From an uncultured Gammaproteobacteria bacterium (GTDB taxonomy: Bacteria; Pseudomonadota; Gammaproteobacteria; UBA9214): DNA of 64,000 nt. Shown here one piece after another: positions 58,034 to 64,000 of this stretch (positions are counted from its first letter, which is position 1; the number at the start of each line of letters is the position of its first letter). Below the pieces are notes generated by a model. It was not told the origin of the DNA, ran no database searches, and saw only the letters and a program-made list of their open reading frames with translations. A program made the position numbers and the translations under genes. The DNA lies in the NCBI GenBank assembly GCA_963827755.1, contig CAWHCQ010000012.1, forward strand, positions 1 through 64,000, in the 5' to 3' direction.

Positions 58034-58238
58034 TCGCGCAAGGACGCAAAGGCGCCAGGATGGAAAAAAACCTCTTGATATCTTTTTTGCGCCGTCATCT
58101 TCTTTGCAGGACGCGCACCCCGCGAAAATTATACTGTTCCCGGCGGGACGCCGGTTCCAACATGGTTTGTGGCTCTATAGCCTCTGTGCCCTCTGTGTCC
58201 TCTGTGGCAATTATTTTTATCTTTGCGTCTTTGCGCGA
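58034..58238. mobile_element. MITE-like intergenic element with 18-bp inverted termini and internal 9-bp tandem repeat
   Basis: TCGCGCAAGGACGCAAAG (58034-58051) matches the reverse complement of 58221-58238 at 17/18 positions. (CTCTGTGNC)x3 at 58182-58208. Confidence 0.5.
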
Positions 58239-58257
58239 GAATACTTTTTTACCGGTA

Positions 58258-58719
58258 TCAAACGACCGCCTGGTCCCGCTCGATCATCAATCGTACCCGC
58301 AAACGCCTGAAAACCTCCTGCTCCAGCATATCCGGCAGCAGCACCAGGTGACGTATGCGGCCACTGTCACACCTGAAATGCATGATCACCAGCCAGGGCA
58401 GTATAAAGACCTGCGGCATCAGCCGCGCCCTGATCTCCCGCCCTGAAGAAAGCTGCAACTGGCAGTCATGTGCATCGAACCATTCTACGCTACATACCGC
58501 ATCGCGATGCGCCAGCGTGATATGCAAGCGGATGGAATGCCACAGGCTGAACAGCAAGACCGGTATTAATATCGATCCAGCCCACAGGGGAAGTGACATA
58601 AAAGGAACCATGCTGATCGCCAACAGGTGACTCAGCAACAGCCAGGCACGCAGCGTGCGTGACGGACCGGGCTCAAGCAGCAGCGGCGTTGCGTATTTGC
58701 GTAACAATGTTTGCCACAT
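58258..58719 (-). CDS. ygfX: YgfX (CptA-like) membrane protein
   Basis: Two TM segments and FRRLRVRL; follows sdhE. Confidence 0.8.
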   Translation of the reverse strand: MWQTLLRKYATPLLLEPGPSRTLRAWLLLSHLLAISMVPFMSLPLWAGSILIPVLLFSLWHSIRLHITLAHRDAVCSVEWFDAHDCQLQLSSGREIRARLMPQVFILPWLVIMHFRCDSGRIRHLVLLPDMLEQEVFRRLRVRLMIERDQAVV

Positions 58720-58948
58720 CCGTGTCAGCGGCCGCCATGCGCCCCATCAACAACTCAAGCAGAACAGCATCCGGGTATTCGAGCAACAACTCAAAGGTCC
58801 TGTGCTCGACATCATTGAGGCTGCTGTAACGCTGCTCCAGAAAACCCGTGAGCAGCACGTCAAGCTCACGCATGCCACGGCGGCACTGCCAGCTTATCCG
58901 GTTACGGTCGGTATCTGCGCCGCTACTGACTCTCTGCTCATTCATCAT
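58673..58948 (-). CDS. sdhE: Succinate dehydrogenase flavinylation factor SdhE
   Basis: WQCRRGMRELD (RGxxE motif). Confidence 0.95.
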   Translation of the reverse strand: MMNEQRVSSGADTDRNRISWQCRRGMRELDVLLTGFLEQRYSSLNDVEHRTFELLLEYPDAVLLELLMGRMAAADTDVANIVTQIRNAAAA

Positions 58949-59670
58949 GTTGAGCGTCTGACCATCAGCTCTTTTATTCGCCCTATCGCACGGGTCGGAC
59001 TCAAGCCCTTGGGGCAGACCTCCACGCAGTTCATGATCGTATGACAACGAAACAGCTTGAATGGCCCCTCAAGATCCGCAAGGCGTTCATCGGTCGCATG
59101 GTCACGACTGTCTGCGAGAAAGCGCCATGACTGCAACAGCGCGGCAGGCCCGAGAAACTTGTCCGGGTTCCACCAGAATGACGGGCAGGACGTCGAACAG
59201 CAACCGCAGAGGATGCACTCGTAAAGCCCGTCGAGTTTGTCGCGGTCCCCGGGTGACTGGCGGTGCTCGACTTCAGGTTCCGGGTCCTTGTTGATCAGGT
59301 AGGGACGCACCGCGCGGTATTGTTTGTAGAATTGTTTCATGTCCACGATCAGATCGCGGATCACGGGCAGGCCCGGCATCGGGCGGATTTCTATGGGTGA
59401 TTTCAGACTGTAGAGCGGAGTAATACAGGCGAGCATGTTGCGGCCGTTTACGTTCATCCCGTCAGACCCGCACACACCTTCACCGCAGGACCGTCTGAAA
59501 CCGAGCGTCTCGTCCTGCGCCTTCAGCATCAATAATGCATCCAGCAGCATCATATCCCTGTTCAGCCCTTCGGACGGTAACTCGTACGCCTGCATACGGG
59601 GTGTTTCATCAACATCCGGGTTGAATCGATAGATGGAAATTTTCATGGCCGGCAAGTCACCCTGGTTCAA
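58945..59670 (-). CDS. sdhB: Succinate dehydrogenase iron-sulfur subunit
   Basis: [22 protein letters not shown] and [12 protein letters not shown]. Confidence 0.98.
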   Translation of the reverse strand: MNQGDLPAMKISIYRFNPDVDETPRMQAYELPSEGLNRDMMLLDALLMLKAQDETLGFRRSCGEGVCGSDGMNVNGRNMLACITPLYSLKSPIEIRPMPGLPVIRDLIVDMKQFYKQYRAVRPYLINKDPEPEVEHRQSPGDRDKLDGLYECILCGCCSTSCPSFWWNPDKFLGPAALLQSWRFLADSRDHATDERLADLEGPFKLFRCHTIMNCVEVCPKGLSPTRAIGRIKELMVRRST

Positions 59671-61430
59671 TAAACACGAGGCCTGGGAGGAAACGAATCC
59701 ACTGTCAACGGCTTGATTCGAACCGGTTTGTAATCAACGCTATGCGTCTCCCTGTGATACAGACTGTGACGCAACCAGTTCACGTCATCCCGCTCCGGGT
59801 AATCAACGCGGGAATGCGCGCCACGACTTTCATGCCGTTTCCAGGCAGACATGATGGTCGCCAGGGCCACATCCATCAGATTTTCCAGCTCCATTGCTTC
59901 TATACGTGCCGTATTGAATACCATGCTGTGGTCCTGCAAACGAATATCAGGCATACGCTTTTGCAGGGAAAGTATCTGGTCTACACCCTCGGAGAGTAAT
60001 TCATCGGTGCGGAACACACCACAGTGTTCTTCCATGGTCCGGGTAAGCTCCTGGCGCATGGCGTCAACCGTCTCACCGTCACCTTTCCGGTCCCAGCGTT
60101 CCAGCCGTTGCATTGCCGGTTCCAGGCAAGCCTCGCTCATGGGACGGTGATAGCGGTTCTCCTGCAGGAAATCAATAATCTGGTTTGCGGCAGCACGTCC
60201 GAACACGATGATGTCAAGCAGTGAATTTCCACCAAGCCGGTTAGCGCCGTGCACGGATACGCAGGCGCACTCGCCGGCAGCATACAGCCCGGGCACCCGC
60301 TCTTCCGGCCCCTGTTCGATCGGCGCGACGACTTCACCGAAACGGTTGGTCGGGATACCGCCCATGGTGTAATGCGCTGTCGGGAATACCGGGACCGGTT
60401 CAATGCACATGTCAACGCCGGCAAAGGTCAGTGCAGAATCGCGAATTGCCGGCAGACGTTTCATGATAATTGCGGAATCCAGGTGATGCACCTGCAGAAG
60501 GACATGGTCCTTGTCGGGTCCGCAGCCACGCCCCTCGCGAACTTCCGTAAATATGGCGCGGCTGACGACATCGCGGCTGGCGAGGTCTTTTGCATGCGGG
60601 GCATAACGCTCCATAAAACGCTCACCCTCGCTATTGACCAGGTAACCGCCCTCGCCACGCGCACCTTCACTGAGCAGCATGCCCTTGCCGGCAATACCGG
60701 TCGGATGAAACTGGACGAACTCCATGTCCTGCAGCGGGATGCCGGCACGCAGGGCCATCGCCATGCCGTCACCGGTATTGATCAGGGCATTGGTATTGGT
60801 GCGGAATATCTGCCCCGCCCCACCGGTTGCCAGCAGGGTTGTCTTCGCCTCGATCACCAGTTTCTCACCGCTTGCAATATCGATCAGCAATGCACCGAGA
60901 ATGTAGCCCGCATCATCGTGCAACAGGTCTATGGCAAAGAATTCGTCGAAGAAATGCGTCCTGGCACGGATATTCTGCTGGTACAGGGACTGCAGGATGG
61001 CATGCCCGGTACGATCGGCAGCTGCACAGGTGCGTGCGGCCTGTTCACCGCCAAAGTTCATGCTCTGGCCGCCAAACTGGCGCTGGTAAATCCTGCCGTC
61101 TTCCGTCCTCGAGAACGGCACGCCGAAGTGCTCAAGTTCGTAGACGGCCTTTGGCGCTGCCCGGCACATGTATTCAATTGCGTCCTGGTCACCCAGGTAA
61201 TCACTGCCCTTGACGGTATCGAACATGTGCCAGTGCCAGTTATCCGCGCGTACGTTCGCGAGCGCGGCATTGACGCCACCCTGGGCCGCAACGGTATGCG
61301 AGCGTGTCGGGAAAACCTTGGATACCACCGCAACGTGCGCATCTGCCTGCGATAGCTGCAGGGCAGCTCGCAGACCACCGCCGCCGGCGCCGATAATCAG
61401 GGTATCGAATTGTCTGCGTGGCAGGTTCAT
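59667..61430 (-). CDS. sdhA: Succinate dehydrogenase flavoprotein subunit
   Basis: [32 protein letters not shown] and ESRGAH. Confidence 0.98.
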   Translation of the reverse strand: MNLPRRQFDTLIIGAGGGGLRAALQLSQADAHVAVVSKVFPTRSHTVAAQGGVNAALANVRADNWHWHMFDTVKGSDYLGDQDAIEYMCRAAPKAVYELEHFGVPFSRTEDGRIYQRQFGGQSMNFGGEQAARTCAAADRTGHAILQSLYQQNIRARTHFFDEFFAIDLLHDDAGYILGALLIDIASGEKLVIEAKTTLLATGGAGQIFRTNTNALINTGDGMAMALRAGIPLQDMEFVQFHPTGIAGKGMLLSEGARGEGGYLVNSEGERFMERYAPHAKDLASRDVVSRAIFTEVREGRGCGPDKDHVLLQVHHLDSAIIMKRLPAIRDSALTFAGVDMCIEPVPVFPTAHYTMGGIPTNRFGEVVAPIEQGPEERVPGLYAAGECACVSVHGANRLGGNSLLDIIVFGRAAANQIIDFLQENRYHRPMSEACLEPAMQRLERWDRKGDGETVDAMRQELTRTMEEHCGVFRTDELLSEGVDQILSLQKRMPDIRLQDHSMVFNTARIEAMELENLMDVALATIMSAWKRHESRGAHSRVDYPERDDVNWLRHSLYHRETHSVDYKPVRIKPLTVDSFPPRPRVY

Positions 61431-61433
61431 GGG

Positions 61434-61781
61434 CTATGCCGTCGCCAGCAGCAGGATGCGCAGTGCCCAGAAGCCGCAGCCGGCCAGCAGCAGGCCAATC
61501 AGGGACAACACCATCAGGCGCAGCCCGAGGTGATGTATGTAATCGAGCACAATATCACGCATACCGACCCATGCATGAATCAGTATGGCAAGAATAACCC
61601 CGCTGCTGACAATGGCCATCAGGGGTTGACTGATCCAGGCATGCCACTGCTCGTAGCCAGGTGAGGGCTGCAGGATAAAATGCCCGATGACATAGGCCGC
61701 ATAACAGGCAATGTAGACAGCAGTGATACGCTGCAACAGCCAGTCCCGCAAACCGTGCGCCTGGCGACTCAAAGTATCCAC
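61434..61781 (-). CDS. sdhD: Succinate dehydrogenase hydrophobic anchor
   Basis: WLLQRITA and HAWVGMRDIVLDY. Confidence 0.95.
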   Translation of the reverse strand: MDTLSRQAHGLRDWLLQRITAVYIACYAAYVIGHFILQPSPGYEQWHAWISQPLMAIVSSGVILAILIHAWVGMRDIVLDYIHHLGLRLMVLSLIGLLLAGCGFWALRILLLATA

Positions 61782-62149
61782 CCCAGGTAGGCCAGTGCCA
61801 GGACAAGCCCTGTCAGGTTGACAAGCCAGGCACTTGCACGTGCCTGCTTCAGGGACACACCCGTCTCGATATCGATCAGCAGAAAACGTATTCCCGAGAG
61901 CAGGTGGTGAAACAGGGACCAGGCGATAAGGGCCGAGCCGAACCGCAGCCAGTGATTACCGAGTATGGCAATGGCCTCTGCATAGCCCTCCGGGCCCTGC
62001 AGGGAAATATCCAGCAGGTAAATGAAAAATGGCAGCGAGAGAAACAGCAATACACCCGAGATGCGGTGGGCAATCGAGGTCACCGCACCAACCGGAAAAC
62101 GAATCCGGAGAAGATCAAGATAAACAGGAGCAGTTCGCTGAGTAGTCAT
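61769..62149 (-). CDS. sdhC: Succinate dehydrogenase cytochrome b556 subunit
   Basis: SIAHRISG and HLLSGIR. Confidence 0.95.
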   Translation of the reverse strand: MTTQRTAPVYLDLLRIRFPVGAVTSIAHRISGVLLFLSLPFFIYLLDISLQGPEGYAEAIAILGNHWLRFGSALIAWSLFHHLLSGIRFLLIDIETGVSLKQARASAWLVNLTGLVLALAYLGWIL

Positions 62150-62273
62150 AAAATCTTTATTTTGGCAGATGATTTTATACCACCGCTCCCGCTGGAACGC
62201 CAGCGCTATACCGGTATCAAGTTCCCGCTGTATCATCTAGAATTCCTGTCCCTGCAAGCGTCATGGAACCACT

Positions 62274-63317
62274 ATGAAAACCGACTGGAAGGCCTTTCTT
62301 ACCGATGCCGGCGCAGAGTATCAAGCCGACAAACTCCTGCATTTCGGTAATCCCGAGCAGGAACGCGAAGTCGCGTTGAGTGGACTGGTTTTTTCCGATC
62401 TTGACTACCTGGGCGTGATTGCCCTTCATGGCGCCGATGCCGGTTCGTTCCTGCAAGCCCAGTTGAGTAACGACATCGCCAGTTGCGGCGAAAACAGCAG
62501 CCAGCTAAACGCCTACTGTACCCCGAAGGGGCGCATTCTTGGCCTGATGCGCATATTCAGGCATGGGGATACCTGTTACCTCAGACTTCCCGCCGACTCG
62601 CTGGAGAAGGTTTTGCAACGCCTGCGCATGTTTGTTCTGCGCGCCGACGTGACACTTGAAGATGTCAGTGAGAATTTCTACATCATCGGCGTATCCGGGG
62701 CAGACGCCGCCGATGAAATCAGCGATGTGGCTGGCGAAGCGCCGGTTGAAGACAACCAGGTCCTGCATACCGAAAGACTGTCGATTATCAGGGTGCCCGG
62801 TCTGGCACCGCGATTCGAGATTTATGCAAGTTCCCTGAAATCAGCCCGGGCGTGCTGGGATTCACTCAACGTGCATGGCGCGCCGGTTGGCAGCCAGGCC
62901 TGGCGGCTGCTGGAGATCCAGGCAGGCATGCCGAACATATTCGCCGCCACTGCCGAATTATTTGTTCCCCAGATGGTTAACCTGCAGCTGGTCGACGGGG
63001 TGAGCTTCAAAAAAGGCTGTTACCCGGGACAGGAAATCGTCGCACGCATGCAGTACCTCGGCACCCTCAAGCGCAGAATGTATCTTGGCCACATCGACCA
63101 GGATGAAACGGTATCGCCCGGCGATGAGCTTTATCAGGCAGAGGGTGATGAGCAGGTTATTGGCCGGATCGTCGATGCCCAGCCTCATCCGGATGGCGGC
63201 CAGCTTGCCCTGGCCGTACTGCAGATCAAGTCTGCCGGGAGCGGCGATGTTCGTTTGGGGAGTGTGGCCGGACCACTTTTTGTCCAGCAAGCCCTGCCCT
63301 ACAGCTTCGAGGATTGA
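62274..63317 (+). CDS. ygfZ: Folate-binding Fe-S repair protein YgfZ
   Basis: KGCYPGQE motif. Confidence 0.95.
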   Translation: MKTDWKAFLTDAGAEYQADKLLHFGNPEQEREVALSGLVFSDLDYLGVIALHGADAGSFLQAQLSNDIASCGENSSQLNAYCTPKGRILGLMRIFRHGDTCYLRLPADSLEKVLQRLRMFVLRADVTLEDVSENFYIIGVSGADAADEISDVAGEAPVEDNQVLHTERLSIIRVPGLAPRFEIYASSLKSARACWDSLNVHGAPVGSQAWRLLEIQAGMPNIFAATAELFVPQMVNLQLVDGVSFKKGCYPGQEIVARMQYLGTLKRRMYLGHIDQDETVSPGDELYQAEGDEQVIGRIVDAQPHPDGGQLALAVLQIKSAGSGDVRLGSVAGPLFVQQALPYSFED

Positions 63318-63477
63318 TTCCCCGCGGACGCGGGTATTGCCTTTCGGCTTGCAGCACTACAATAACTTAACTTGCTGTTTTTATTATAGTAAAACGACTA
63401 CATGCAGGGCACGGAACTCACCCTGCAGACCGCAGTCCTACTGGTAACCCGTCCCCCGCAGCCAAGAGAACTGAACC

Positions 63478-64000
63478 ATGAAACACAAAAAAGCATTGCT
63501 CGTCACCGGGATTCTCATTATCGGCCTCGGCGCCTGGTTGAGGTTCGCCATTGCCGAAGGACCCGGGACGTCAGCACAGCCGGTGACCACTACCGGGGTG
63601 GAGAAAATCATCGACTCCGGGAAATACACGCGTCCTGCCGATAAAGAGTTAAAGGCCCGCCTGACGCCCCTGCAATATGATGTCACCCAGAAAGAAGCTA
63701 CTGAACGGCCTTTTGATAATGAGTACTGGAATAACAAGCAGGATGGCATTTACGTGGACATCGTATCCGGACAGCCGTTGTTCAGCTCACGGGACAAGTA
63801 CAAGTCGGGCACCGGCTGGCCAAGCTTTACCCGGCCAATATCAGACGCGGCCGTGGCCGCACATACAGACACGCGGTTTTTCATGAAGCGTACCGAACTG
63901 AAGAGCAGTATTGCCGCATCTCATCTCGGGCACGTGTTCGATGACGGCCCGCAGCCCACCGGCAAACGCTATTGCATCAACTCGGCATCCCTGAGATTTA
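63478..64000 (+). CDS. msrB: Methionine-R-sulfoxide reductase MsrB with N-terminal signal/anchor; 3' partial
   Basis: Not in the supplied ORF track because no stop falls in the window. Translated by hand: [21 protein letters not shown]...[10 protein letters not shown]...SGTGWPSF...[24 protein letters not shown]. Confidence 0.93.
   Translation, partial: MKHKKALLVTGILIIGLGAWLRFAIAEGPGTSAQPVTTTGVEKIIDSGKYTRPADKELKARLTPLQYDVTQKEATERPFDNEYWNNKQDGIYVDIVSGQPLFSSRDKYKSGTGWPSFTRPISDAAVAAHTDTRFFMKRTELKSSIAASHLGHVFDDGPQPTGKRYCINSASLRF

Noticed and set aside
58258-58948. cptAB toxin-antitoxin system
   Set aside because: sdhE-ygfX is a conserved housekeeping pair; SdhE is the flavinylation factor and sits in the sdh operon.
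60249-61355. Long antisense ORFs (also 12098-12997, 44972-45886, 51093-52082, 46967-47863)
   Set aside because: Shadows of well-conserved genes on the opposite strand in GC-rich DNA, with no recognisable motifs.

Overview
Chromosomal window from a Gammaproteobacterium of moderately high GC (gene order suggests a Chromatiales/Thiotrichales-like organism; inference). Most of it is conserved core: serS-crcB-rarA-lolA-ftsK-ald-trxB-aat-infA-clpAS-icd, nudJ remnant-mnmA-hflD-acnA-purB, dusA, DAHP synthase, mfd, nagZ, sdhCDAB-sdhE-ygfX, ygfZ, msrB. Many genes, including the essential serS, are broken by 1-2 bp indels, so most frameshifts are probably long-read or assembly errors. The most unusual region is 1-8.7 kb: a dikinase-like protein ending in a PPDK/PEP-synthase ATP-grasp domain with no pyruvate-binding barrel, two exported SxxK/SxN/KSG serine hydrolases, two TLC/Npt-type nucleotide transporters (one with a HEAT-like tail) and an e(P4) lipoprotein nucleotidase. 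Together these suggest an uncharacterised envelope ATP-dependent system. Also present: an arsenosugar-type (arsS) cluster with an internally deleted methyltransferase, a peptide ABC operon containing an L,D-transpeptidase and followed by nagZ, two GTAG REP-like elements and a MITE-like element. No rRNA, tRNA, CRISPR array, integrase or transposase was seen. All assignments come from motif recognition; no database searches were run.
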